A DNA stretch of 64,000 nt from Alphaproteobacteria bacterium (GTDB taxonomy: Bacteria; Pseudomonadota; Alphaproteobacteria; UBA828), in assembly GCA_965221125.1 (NCBI GenBank), contig CBDCRW010000004.1:1024001-1088000 (forward strand), read 5' to 3'. A model generated the notes under the pieces. It was given only the letters and a program-made list of their open reading frames with translations. It made no database searches and was not told the origin of the DNA. The number at the start of each line of letters is the position of its first letter. Positions within the stretch are counted from its first letter, which is position 1. Shown here one piece after another: positions 37,037 through 47,200 of the stretch. A program made the position numbers and the translations under genes.

Positions 37037-37717
37037 GCGTGCGCCATTGAGACCGGTCGAATTTCTCCGCCTCATCGTGCCAGCCCTCGCTGGAAGGAAC
37101 CTGCCATGCTGCGAACCACAACAGTCCGCCGGCGAGACGACGAGCCTCGGCGCGATGACACCCCTGGCGAGCGAGCCCGTTCGCTCCAAACGGCTTCGGT
37201 CGACGGTGCCGGGCACGTGTTTCACGTTCCGAACCCGCTGGTGCCAGATCGCGCCGCCAGTCTCGCTCTACGGTGCCGAAGTTCGCAATACTACGACGTT
37301 TCCATCTTCAGGAAACGCTGCAGCGTACGCACTTCTTCTTGCATGCATAGCTCAATAGCGCTAACGTATATTGGCTGTAAAATCAGCATTGGACTGAGAC
37401 ATTCCTGCGATTTGGTAGAAGCAAATACTCGCGACACTGTATCAATCAGTCGATCAAGATGAGTGGAGTCGAGTGTGGTAGTCTTGGGCGCTATACACGG
37501 AAGTATAAGGTTGGGGCGTGTCGAAGAGAGCGCCGGCTACGTTCATCTCTCGGCCAAAAGAACTGGGAAGGAGTTGGGCGATTTATGCATTTCCCGGATA
37601 CGCGGTTGCACCGCGGTAACGGCATCATCCCTTGACGCGGTGTGTCATGACTCTTTCGAATGAAAGGTCAAGTTTTCATCCAATGACTGGTTACGACAAG
37701 TCCATAGGTGCGGATCG

Positions 37718-38815
37718 ATGAGCGGGGATCGAATGCCGGGATACGCCAGACCCAGAGAGCCGATTCCGGCTGCGGCATCGCACAGCGAGCCGCGGTCCTC
37801 CCTGGCATGGCTGCGTGGTGCCGGTTTCGACAGCGCACTCATATTCGGTGGAATCTCTCTCGCGCTGCTCTGTGGAGCCGCGATCCTTTACGAGCCGTCC
37901 TGGTTCTACCCGATCCTGGTGGTCGATCTCTGGGTGCTGGGATATCACCACGTGATCTCCACCTACACGAGGCTCTGCTTCGACAGGGCGAGCTTCCGTG
38001 AGCACCGGTGGATGATCGCCTACCTCGTCCCGGTCATTGCCGCAGTCACCGTTTTGCTTGCCTGGACGGTCGGGATCTGGGCCATCGTAACGATCTATTT
38101 CTATTGGCAATGGTGGCACTACACGCGGCAGAGCTGGGGAATTTCACGCGCCTATCGCCGGACGGATCCAAACAGTCTCTACGAGGACGGATGGCTCGAC
38201 CAGGCGATCTTCTTCGCGATGCCGGTCTACGGAATCCTGCTTCGCTCCAGCCAGGATCACGAGCATTTCATCGGCATGGAACTCTGGACGTTTCCGGTCC
38301 CGGAGTCGGTCGCCAGTACCGCGGGCTACGTCATGGGGGCGCTGCTTCTGGTTTGGGCTGGACGGCGTCTGGTGGCCCTGTGGCGCGGACGCCTTGCCAC
38401 CGTCCACACGCTCTACATGCTGACTCACTTCGCGATCTTCGGCCTCGGATACGTCTGGATATCCGACATCACTCTGGGATGGCTGATGATCAACATCTGG
38501 CACAACTACCAGTACATCCTCTTTGTCTGGATGTTCAACAACAAGCGTTTTGCACGAGGGCGGGATCCGAATGCGCGTTTTCTGTCGTATATCAGCCAGA
38601 GTGGACGGTTGTGGCTGTACTTGCTGGTATGTCTTGCTATCACCGGTGCCTTCTATTGGGGGGTACTGCGGACCATAGACTGGTTGCTCTTCGCGGGGTT
38701 CTCGGCGACGATCGTTCTGTATCAGATCATCAACTTCCATCACTACGTGGTGGACGCGCTGATCTGGACAAAGCGCGGGCGCGGTACGTCAAGCGCCTCG
38801 GCAACCGCCAGTTGA
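37718..38815 (+). CDS. Polytopic membrane protein with four His motifs (possible non-heme metal enzyme)
   Basis: Multiple TM segments; GYHHVISTYTR, WQWWHYTRQSWG, WHNYQY, NFHHYVVDALIW. Confidence 0.8.
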   Translation: MSGDRMPGYARPREPIPAAASHSEPRSSLAWLRGAGFDSALIFGGISLALLCGAAILYEPSWFYPILVVDLWVLGYHHVISTYTRLCFDRASFREHRWMIAYLVPVIAAVTVLLAWTVGIWAIVTIYFYWQWWHYTRQSWGISRAYRRTDPNSLYEDGWLDQAIFFAMPVYGILLRSSQDHEHFIGMELWTFPVPESVASTAGYVMGALLLVWAGRRLVALWRGRLATVHTLYMLTHFAIFGLGYVWISDITLGWLMINIWHNYQYILFVWMFNNKRFARGRDPNARFLSYISQSGRLWLYLLVCLAITGAFYWGVLRTIDWLLFAGFSATIVLYQIINFHHYVVDALIWTKRGRGTSSASATAS

Positions 38816-39047
38816 AAAGAAGCCACCGCAAGAGAAGATGCACGTGCGATGAAGGATCTTCTATCGAACATTACAGTCGAGCAATGCGCCTATGTTTACT
38901 GCTCGATCAGCCCCGAATCGCTTGAATGAAAGTCCTTTCGTAAAGCCGCCGCACGAGTGCATGAAGCCGGCCGCTGCCCGGGACCGCTGCTTCGGTCGGA
39001 GGCCACAACAAGAGAGTCGATTATGGAACGGAGAGTCGCAGACAGTG

Positions 39048-39923
39048 ATGCGTGATTGTATTTCCTCCCGACGCGCAACGGACGTAATTCTCGCGCCCGC
39101 GACGGCTCGATTCGTCTGTTGCGCGAGCACCGGCCGCACCGCGACGATGTTTCTGGCGGAGTGCCTTGACCGACTGCCGGACGTGGTGGGGCTGCACGAG
39201 GGCCATCAGCTGGGTGCCGGGCGAGTTCCGCGACTGCCCCTGATCAATGTTCACAACCGCAAGGCTTGGCACGACCCGGACTACGCCGACCGGCTCGTCG
39301 CTGAGAAGCGCGACTTGGCTGCCCTCAGCGCCGCCGCTGACGGAGCGCGACTGATTGTCGACGCGGCCTTCTACAATGCGCCCCTGGTCGAGGCGATTGC
39401 CAGACGCCACCCGGACGCCTTGCTGTTCGTGATCTTCCGCCGCTGCGAGGGGTTCGTTCGATCGGCGACGATCGTGAGGGGCGAGGACCTGCAGCCGGCA
39501 GGTTGGCCGGATCTGTCCAAGCCGCTCACAAACCGCGAAAAGTTTATCTCGCTCGGCAGGCTCAAGCCGGAGTTAACTCACAGGGATCACGCGTCATGGT
39601 CGGCATGGTCCGCCATCCAGCGCAACACCTGGCTCTGGACGGCAGTCAATGGACACCTTCACCGGTTCGCTCGCGACAACGCGAATTGCCATCGGTTCTT
39701 CTTCGAGGACCTGGTCGAAAGACCGGAGAAATTCTGGACAGACTTGCTGCAGCAGATGGAGGTTCTCTCCCCTGCAACGCTTTCCCGATGCCTTGAGTTT
39801 TCGGGATCGAAGATCAATCAGCGCCAGTCCTACCAGATCGGCCGCGTCGCAAGCTGGAGTGCGGCGGAACGGGCATTCTACGCGGAACGAGCACGCCCCC
39901 TGGAGGACGAAATCTATGGCTGA
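39048..39923 (+). CDS. Sulfotransferase-like P-loop protein
   Basis: STGRTATMFLA (5'-PSB-like), LHE, VIFRRCEGFVRS (3'-PB-like R...S), FFEDLV. Confidence 0.65.
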   Translation: MRDCISSRRATDVILAPATARFVCCASTGRTATMFLAECLDRLPDVVGLHEGHQLGAGRVPRLPLINVHNRKAWHDPDYADRLVAEKRDLAALSAAADGARLIVDAAFYNAPLVEAIARRHPDALLFVIFRRCEGFVRSATIVRGEDLQPAGWPDLSKPLTNREKFISLGRLKPELTHRDHASWSAWSAIQRNTWLWTAVNGHLHRFARDNANCHRFFFEDLVERPEKFWTDLLQQMEVLSPATLSRCLEFSGSKINQRQSYQIGRVASWSAAERAFYAERARPLEDEIYG

Positions 39924-40167
39924 CTCACTGGAGGCGCGCATTATCGAAATCATCCAGTCGACATTGCGTCATGAGAGCGGCAATGCGGAACTGACCCTTG
40001 GTCCTTCAGCCTCGATGGAGACGGTCGGCGAATGGGATTCTCTCTCTTTCATGAGCGTCTTTTGCGCGGTCAACAAGGCCTTCGATATCGATCCCGATTT
40101 CGATGACGCGGTGCACTACATATCGGTCGCATCTCTTCATCGTTATCTGGAAGCAGTGACCGTCTGA
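39916..40167 (+). CDS. Acyl/aminoacyl carrier protein (DltC-like)
   Basis: 83-aa acidic protein with phosphopantetheine site GEWDSL; overlaps both neighbours. Confidence 0.88.
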   Translation: MADSLEARIIEIIQSTLRHESGNAELTLGPSASMETVGEWDSLSFMSVFCAVNKAFDIDPDFDDAVHYISVASLHRYLEAVTV

Positions 40168-41693
40168 TGTCCGGTCAAGGCGGTCGCAAGGCACTCCTCG
40201 CGCGGATGCAGATAACTATCGACCGCTACGCCCAGCGAACCGCCGTTCGTGCGCCCGGAGAAAGCCTGAGCTACGGCGATTTCTCCCGGATGGTCGGGAG
40301 GCTCTGCCTCGAACTGCGGAACCCGAAGCGCGCGCAGGACGGCCCCGTCGGATTGCTGCTGGATCGCTCGGCGACGGCCTATGCCGCCATGTGGGCTGCC
40401 ATCGCTCTCGGCCGCCCGTACGTTCCGCTGAACGCCAAGTACCCGCCGAGCCGGCTGCGGAGCATCCTGAGGCAGGCAGGTGTCGACGTCACGGTGTGCA
40501 CGCAAGCCAACCGGGGCTTGGCGACCGGCCTTGGCATCGCATCGGACGATACCGTCGTGGCGGACACCGACCTACCGGTCGACGAATTGGCGGGCGGTGC
40601 AATCGACTGGGGTGTAAGCGACGAAGATCAGGGGATTGCGTACATCCTCTTCACCTCGGGTTCGACGGGCGAGCCGAAGGGCGTACCCATCTCCTACGAC
40701 AATCTCGCGAGCTTCATCGAGAATCTGGGCGCAGTCATCGATTACAGACCCGAAGACGTGTGCTCGCAGTTCTGCGAACTCTCCTTCGATCTCGGCGTGC
40801 ACGAAATATATCTCTCACTTCTGAACGGATGCACCTTGTGCCCGGCCCGACAAATCGATCTCTTCAACCCCGCTCCATTTGTGGCGAATAACAGAATTAC
40901 CGTCTGGGTATCGGTCCCGTCGTTGGCGCGCGTCGTGCTCCAACACCGCGGTGCCGACCACGAGTCTCTCGGCACGCTCCGACTGAGCATGTTCAACGGC
41001 GAGGCGCTGACCCACCAGCTTGCCAGAGACTGGAACAGGGCGGCGTGCGGCACCGAGATCTGGAACACCTATGGGCCGACCGAGTGCACTGTCGCCGTCA
41101 CGGCCCAGCGCTGGGAGGACCATCCCGACCTTTCAGAATCCGGCGTCGTCTCGATCGGGACCGCCTTTCCGGATTGCACGGCTGCGCTGCTCGTGGACGA
41201 AGAAGTCGTCCCCGTTTCTCCTGAACGGAACGGCATCGTCGGCGAGTTGCTGCTGGCGACACCGCAGCGCTTTGACGGCTACCTCGATCCGGGCCTGCCC
41301 TCACCGTTCATCGCGGACAGCAAGGGCCTGCACTTTTATCGCACGGGCGATCGCGTTCGATCGAGAGGGGGACGGCTCTACTACCTTGATCGGCTCGATC
41401 TTCAGGTAAAGATCGGCGGCCACCGAATCGAACTCCTGGAGATCGAGCATCGGTTGCGAAGGCGACTGGAGTCGGACGCGCTCGCCGTCATCGCCCATCC
41501 GCCCCGGCGTCCGACCGAGCTGATCCTGTTTCTTGTCGGCGACCGCGAGACACCGAAACTAACCAGCCAGGAACTGGGCCTTCCCAGCTACATGTTGCCC
41601 CAGCGGACCTTCGTGATCGATGCTCTCCCTCTCACAGCACACGGGAAACTCGACCGACACGCCTTGCATGAGCGCATCGCACCGAACGCCTGA
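40167..41693 (+). CDS. Stand-alone amino acid adenylation enzyme (DltA-like)
   Basis: YILFTSGSTGEPKG, SFDL, VWVSVPS, NTYGPTECTVAVT, YRTGD, QVKIGGHRIEL, LPLTAHGKLDR. Confidence 0.92.
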   Translation: MSGQGGRKALLARMQITIDRYAQRTAVRAPGESLSYGDFSRMVGRLCLELRNPKRAQDGPVGLLLDRSATAYAAMWAAIALGRPYVPLNAKYPPSRLRSILRQAGVDVTVCTQANRGLATGLGIASDDTVVADTDLPVDELAGGAIDWGVSDEDQGIAYILFTSGSTGEPKGVPISYDNLASFIENLGAVIDYRPEDVCSQFCELSFDLGVHEIYLSLLNGCTLCPARQIDLFNPAPFVANNRITVWVSVPSLARVVLQHRGADHESLGTLRLSMFNGEALTHQLARDWNRAACGTEIWNTYGPTECTVAVTAQRWEDHPDLSESGVVSIGTAFPDCTAALLVDEEVVPVSPERNGIVGELLLATPQRFDGYLDPGLPSPFIADSKGLHFYRTGDRVRSRGGRLYYLDRLDLQVKIGGHRIELLEIEHRLRRRLESDALAVIAHPPRRPTELILFLVGDRETPKLTSQELGLPSYMLPQRTFVIDALPLTAHGKLDRHALHERIAPNA

Positions 41694-41706
41694 CAGGGCT
41701 TCATTC

Positions 41707-42837
41707 ATGTTCCGCGTCGTCCTGTTGGCCGGATGTGCTGCCCTGATCTCAGGTCTTCTCTGGCTCGACGGAAACCGGGCCGGGCCGGCGAATTCGATGG
41801 GCCGCTGCAACCTGCTGCTCTCCCAAGCGGGCGAACCGGCGGCAGACGTTCTCATAGTCGGCAGCAGCAGGATCGGGGTGGCTCTTGACCCCGTGGCTAT
41901 GGAGCACATCCTGAGCGCGGAACTCGGTCGCCGGGTCCGCGTCGACCGTCTGTCTCTCGGCCGCAATCCGCTGAGGACGATGAGCGGGCTTCTGGAGAAC
42001 TATCTGGAGGCGCGCGGATCTCCCGCGGTCGTGGCACTCGAAATCATGTTCATGACCGAACGCAGCGTCAACCGCCTGGCCCAACGCGGCCTCGCGCTTG
42101 CCCCGGAAGACTACAACTACTTGAGGGACGTCAACCTTCTCCGCTTTGAGCAACTTCTCAGCCAGCCGTCCATCGCCATGCCGTTCACGAGAAGTGAGAG
42201 TGTTCTCAGTCTTTGGAGCCAACGCCTCAGAGGCGTTGCCCTGCGGTCGGGTGCCCTGATCTACCAGGCGCTTCGGGATCCGAACCAGGAATGGGAACTC
42301 TCCGCCTGCGCGCGCGACGACTGGAGACGCGAGGCTGAGTGGCCATCCGACTTCTCATTCAGTTACGGAGAGTTCGAACCGGATACCGGCTTGGCGGACC
42401 TTGTCCAGGCACTGGAGATGGATGTCGCCCGGCAAGCGGAAGCCCGCGCATTGAAGGACTGGCAGTTCAACAGCCCCGGCGACATTGTCTATCCATACGA
42501 TTTGGGGGCTGCCTATAGACGGGGTGAGGTCAATGTCCTCGTGTCGATGATCGAGCGTGTCCTCGAACGGGATGCCGAAATTGTAGTCCTTCCCTTGCCG
42601 CTATTCGGGTACGCACTCGACCGTACGGAATTGCTCGATTTTGTTACGACGCGCTTTGAGCGGCACGTTCATCTCTTCGACCTCTATGGCGAAATCAGCG
42701 CGAATTTCGATCCACTCTGGTACGACGATGCTCATGTCGAACGCTCGCCGGTCGGGGCATTGACCACAGCACTCATGGCGCAACGCCTGCTGAAATCGCG
42801 AGCGCTGGTCCCGGTACCGTCAGGGCCCGATGATTGA
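41707..42837 (+). CDS. SGNH-like extracytoplasmic acyltransferase (DltD/AlgJ-like)
   Basis: N-terminal TM; IVGSSR catalytic Ser block; C-terminal WYDDAH (DxxH); adjacent to an MBOAT gene. Confidence 0.75.
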   Translation: MFRVVLLAGCAALISGLLWLDGNRAGPANSMGRCNLLLSQAGEPAADVLIVGSSRIGVALDPVAMEHILSAELGRRVRVDRLSLGRNPLRTMSGLLENYLEARGSPAVVALEIMFMTERSVNRLAQRGLALAPEDYNYLRDVNLLRFEQLLSQPSIAMPFTRSESVLSLWSQRLRGVALRSGALIYQALRDPNQEWELSACARDDWRREAEWPSDFSFSYGEFEPDTGLADLVQALEMDVARQAEARALKDWQFNSPGDIVYPYDLGAAYRRGEVNVLVSMIERVLERDAEIVVLPLPLFGYALDRTELLDFVTTRFERHVHLFDLYGEISANFDPLWYDDAHVERSPVGALTTALMAQRLLKSRALVPVPSGPDD

Positions 42838-43912
42838 TCCGGTTTCCTTCCTCGTCTTCATCCTGGTCTCGGTAGGTCTGTCTCACACGATTTGGCCCTA
42901 CAGCGCACTGAACCGACTGTTTTGGGGATGCATGCCGGGCGTGGTTCTCCTTTTCATGGTTCACCCGCTCGCATTGCTGTTCGCGGTGACCTCGTTCGCC
43001 GCCTGCGGGAGCTTGTACCTGGTCGGCCGGATCGCCGGAAGCTCCCGCGTCAAGGCCCGCATACCTTACTTGATCCTGCTGCTCCTTTTCGTGCCCGACG
43101 TCACCGGAACCCTCACGACCAATCCGATTCTCTGGCTCGGGAGTGCGTTCTTCATCATCCGCCAGATGATGACTGTGGCGGCAGCTCTCAAGGAACAGAG
43201 AGACATTTCTAATTTCGTTCCCGGACTTCTTCTGGCGACGTTTTTCTTCGCTGCCTTACCGTCCGGTCCCGTGTTCAACGGCTTGCGCATCTGGAACACG
43301 CTGAAGGCCAGGAACAGGCCGAATTATCCCGAGGGTCTGTTCCGACTCTTCGAAGGCTTCGCCTACTTGTTCGCCTTCGCCGGCATCGCGAGTGTCGCCA
43401 TCGAACACGCCGGCACCCTCGGCGGTGCCCTGGCCGAAGACGGCAATTGGGCAGCCTCCTGGATCCTGCGCATCCTGGTCGATCCGCTTCTCGGCTTCGG
43501 TTTCCTGTTCTCTACCTTCTACGGTTACTCACGCATGGCTGAGGGCACGGCTCTGCTCTTCGGCTTCGAGGTGCCGCAGAATTTCAACAAGCCGCACCTG
43601 GCCACGGACCTGGCCGACTTCTGGAAGCGCTGGCACCGTTCGATGGCGGAATTCGTCATGCAGTACATCTATTTGCCTCTACTCGTCTCGACCAGGCATG
43701 CCAAGTTCGCACTGATCGCCGCCTTCGTCTTCATGGGCCTGTGGCATGAGTTTACACTCGGCTTCTTGATTTGGGGTCTTGGCCACGGTCTTGGACTCGC
43801 TGTCGTCCTGCCTTGGGCGAGCCGTCGCCGTATCCCGGCAGGGGTAATTCGCGTCTTGTCCCTGGCCTACGTGCTAGGGCTCTCGGCCGTTGCCCATGGA
43901 GTCTGGAAATGA
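42830..43912 (+). CDS. MBOAT family O-acyltransferase (DltB/AlgI-like)
   Basis: SGP, FYGYSRMA, PQNFNKP, DFWKRWH, catalytic MGLWH, WGLGHG. Confidence 0.93.
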   Translation: MIDPVSFLVFILVSVGLSHTIWPYSALNRLFWGCMPGVVLLFMVHPLALLFAVTSFAACGSLYLVGRIAGSSRVKARIPYLILLLLFVPDVTGTLTTNPILWLGSAFFIIRQMMTVAAALKEQRDISNFVPGLLLATFFFAALPSGPVFNGLRIWNTLKARNRPNYPEGLFRLFEGFAYLFAFAGIASVAIEHAGTLGGALAEDGNWAASWILRILVDPLLGFGFLFSTFYGYSRMAEGTALLFGFEVPQNFNKPHLATDLADFWKRWHRSMAEFVMQYIYLPLLVSTRHAKFALIAAFVFMGLWHEFTLGFLIWGLGHGLGLAVVLPWASRRRIPAGVIRVLSLAYVLGLSAVAHGVWK

Positions 43913-44025
43913 CGTTTCGTCGCTGGCTACGGCTGGTCTACCTGGCCGTGTGCATCTTGGCAGTGCTGGCGTGGATCTGGTTCGGACGGTTCGAGGCAAT
44001 CGAGGTGCCGTATGTGCAGTTCTGA
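43909..44025 (+). CDS. 38-aa DltX-like membrane peptide with C-terminal Tyr motif
   Basis: ATGA overlap with the MBOAT stop; MTFRRWLRLVYLAVCILAVLAWIWFGRFEAIEVPYVQF*, one TM helix plus terminal PYVQF. Confidence 0.82.
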   Translation: MTFRRWLRLVYLAVCILAVLAWIWFGRFEAIEVPYVQF

Positions 44026-44133
44026 TGTCGTACCCCCTCGTTACACTTCGGGACCCTTCCGGTGTCGCACGCGCCGCAAACGCGGACGTGGTTCCTCCTC
44101 GCGCCCGCGCCGACATGCCGGGAACAGTGCCGG

Positions 44134-44238
44134 TCAAGTTGGAAGGCGCATGAGTTGGTCGACCGACAGCACCAAGATTCCGAACATCAGGTGGCAATGA
44201 GCCTTGACATGGCAGCGCGCATGATCATGGCGGCGAAT
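44134..44238 (-). pseudogene. C-terminal remnant of an IS (DDE) transposase
   Basis: Minus-strand translation IRRHDHARCHVKAHCHLMFGILVLSVDQLMRLPT* resembles the VRGxxKVxCHLMFGIL..DQLMRL end of IS5/IS1182-like transposases (recognised from memory). Confidence 0.6.
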
Positions 44239-47200
44239 CTAGTCCGGTGCGTCCATAATCAGCGCCTGAAGTTCGGCCACAGTGGGGATCTCGTGTTCAT
44301 GAGCGCGCCGGGTCATGCGCTGGAAGGCCAGCGCTTCCTTCGCCGTATCGGCGTAGCTCGGCGCGTGGTTGTCGATCAGGCTCTTCAAGACGTCTTCCGC
44401 CTCGGGCTCGGGCCGGCTGGCGATGGCATGGATGGTGCGCTCGATGAACGCGCTCGCGCCCCCGGGATCGTTCCAGCCGCCGCCGGTGCGGCCACTTCCG
44501 GGCCATTGGACCATCCTGGGCCAGCGTGTGCCGAAGACCTCCACGACGAACCGGAGAGTATCGAGCGGCACTTCGCCGAAGAGGAACGCGCTTCCGATCC
44601 GCTCCCGGACGAATGCGATGAAGTCCGGGCTGTTTTCCGCCGCGTCCAGCAATGCGTCCCTGCATCCCTCCAGGTCGACTACGCAGGCCATCGACAGCCA
44701 CGACAGCTTCGCGCACTCATCCCGGTGCACCCTGTCACGGCAATCGACGATCAACCGGCGCACCGCGTCGCGCGGCGCGTCCTCGAGCGCGCAGGTCATC
44801 AGTTCCCTCTGCGCCTGCCCGTGCAGTCGGGGATAGGCACGCAGCCATTCGAGCGAGAGGCGGCCGGCCAATTCGTGGAAGCCGCTCCCGTAGTCTCCGC
44901 CGAGGCTGTCGAGCTCACGGACGAACTCTGCATTGCATGCGAGCTGGGGCTCGATGCTCGCCCGGAAATGCCGCTCCATGTCCTCCACGCCCGTGAATAC
45001 CATCTCCCTCAGCGCGAATTCGATATCGATCTGTCCGCCGGAGACGCTCATCGGCACACGCCGCCAGGCCATGTAGGCGGCGTCCAGTGCCGCCCGCCCG
45101 ATCGTGTCGAGGGGCAGGCCCCGTTGAAGCGCCACGTCGACACCGCAGATCAGCGGCGCCTCCGCCTCGTGCTCGTTGCCCGCACAGTGGATTTGCGCTA
45201 TCGCCGAAGCGTGGGGCAGCTCGGTGCGTCCGAGTACGGCGACGAAGCCGTTCAGAACCCGCTCGCAGAGGTCCTCACCGAGAAAGTCCCGCAGCCGCTC
45301 GCGGGGAGCGAGCGAGGGGTCGCCGTTCACGTTTTCGCCGAGCCTGTCGAACCGGCCCAGATAGACGGCGGCAGGCAGCGCCAGGACCCTGAAGTCCCCG
45401 GCCGCAATGCTGTCGGCCTGCCCGGCCAGCGCCGCACGATGCGCTTGCCTGTGGACTTGCACCGCCGTCCCGGCACCGGAGCCGCCGTCCCTGTCCCGTG
45501 CATTCTGCAGAGCCGCCAGGCTCAGGGCCGGCCCGCCGCTCACCAGCCCGGCATTATGGAGTACCGGGCGGGCAGCCTCGATGATGCCCCGCCACGTCTC
45601 GGGATCGATCGAGCCGTTCTCCGAACGAATGCGAAGCGCCTCTGCCAGTTCATCGTGGTCCGCCGCCGCCGCACCGATACCGAGGCCTGTCTTCCTGAGT
45701 TCCAGGCAGGCCGACCGGACGCTGCCCGGGCGAGGTGTCGTCAGCGCATGCTCCAGAACCGCGGCGCGCAGCGCGCGTTCGCGGCCGAATATCTCCGCCA
45801 GCCGTTCCCGTGGGGCTGCGGCGCCGGCCTCGCCGGTCCAGCGAATCCACGCCCAGACCCGGTCCGCCGCGACGGCCGGATCGGCTTCCAGCACCCGGGC
45901 CGCAAGATGTCTTCCCATATCCGTGAGCGTCTCCCTCTGCCAATCTTCGGCCTCCGCGAGCGCGGCGGGCGCGCCCTCGGCGATGAAGTCGAGCAACGCG
46001 GCCAGTCGGGCCGTGTCGAGAGCGCCGAACGGTTCCCGGCGCGAAGATGCCGCCGCCTGCGGCTCCGTGTCGTCCTCTCCGCCAGGCTTCGCTTCCATGC
46101 GACCGGCGGACGGAGACCACCTTGCAGTTCCATCGTCCAGTTCAAGGCTCCCGAGTATCTCACAGGCCAGCCGTGCGGAGCCGGCATCGCCCAGGTCGAG
46201 AAGCCGAAGCGCCGCGGCTTCGTCATCGGCCGGGGCGTTCGCGTCCAGCGACCAGAACGCAGCGGCGCGCTCCCGGTAATCGCGGTCTCGATCGAACAGG
46301 ATGCCCTCCAGCAACCGGCCGTCTTCCCCGGACAGGTCCGTCCCGCCCATCGCTTCGATCAGGAACGCCGAAAGCTGCGCATGTGGGCCGGGCTCGGCCA
46401 GAACCCCGACGATGTCGTCCTTGAGCTCCCGCCTCATCAGTCCCGAGCCCCGGTGAACGCCCCGGTCCTCGGCGTCGAAGCACGGGTCCTCTCCCGAGCG
46501 CTCTTTCAGCGCGGCGAGAAGAGTGCGGGCCCGGTCCGGGGCAAGCGTCTCCATCTCGCCCTCGCGCAGCACCGCATGGGGATCCGCCGCGAGGCAGCGG
46601 GCGGCCAGGGCCGGGCTGAGGCGCGCAATCCAGGCGTGGAGCCCGCGCAGCGCCGCGGGAACGCTCCCGCCCGAGTCAAACAGCGAAAGGATGCCGCCGC
46701 CGGTGGGACCCTCGGCAACACAACGGGACAGCCATGCGGCCCCGAGAAATTCGGCGATCGCGCGGTGCAGGCAGGAGAAGCGCCCCTCCCCGTCGGCCTG
46801 GAACAGCCGTGTTCCGAGCGCGTCGGCGGCCGCGCCGGCGAAGGGGAGCCCGCGGACATCGGAAACGTTCAGGAACCCTGCCGGGGTCTCCGCGACGTTT
46901 CCGTCGTGCACGCCCATGAGATCGCACAGAAGCAGCGTCGCGCAGATCGCACCGGAGGCCAGCAGCAGCTCGTCCCCGTCGCTGCGGACCGCAGGAACGA
47001 TGCCCGGGCTGGCGTCGTGAGCGAGCATCGCGCGGCACCCCTGGGCGAAGAGCTCGGCGCGGTTCCGGGGAATTCCGCCCCCGGCCCGCGCGATCTCGCC
47101 CAACAGACGCAGGTTCAGCGGATTCATGCAGGCGCGGATCAGCGCCCGGCTCTCCAGCTTCTCCAGGAGAGCGTGCACCTCGACGCCGGGAAACTCGCGC

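Noticed and set aside
39916-41693. NRPS secondary-metabolite cluster
   Set aside because: No condensation or thioesterase domain; the MBOAT, SGNH and DltX-like partners point to envelope acylation.
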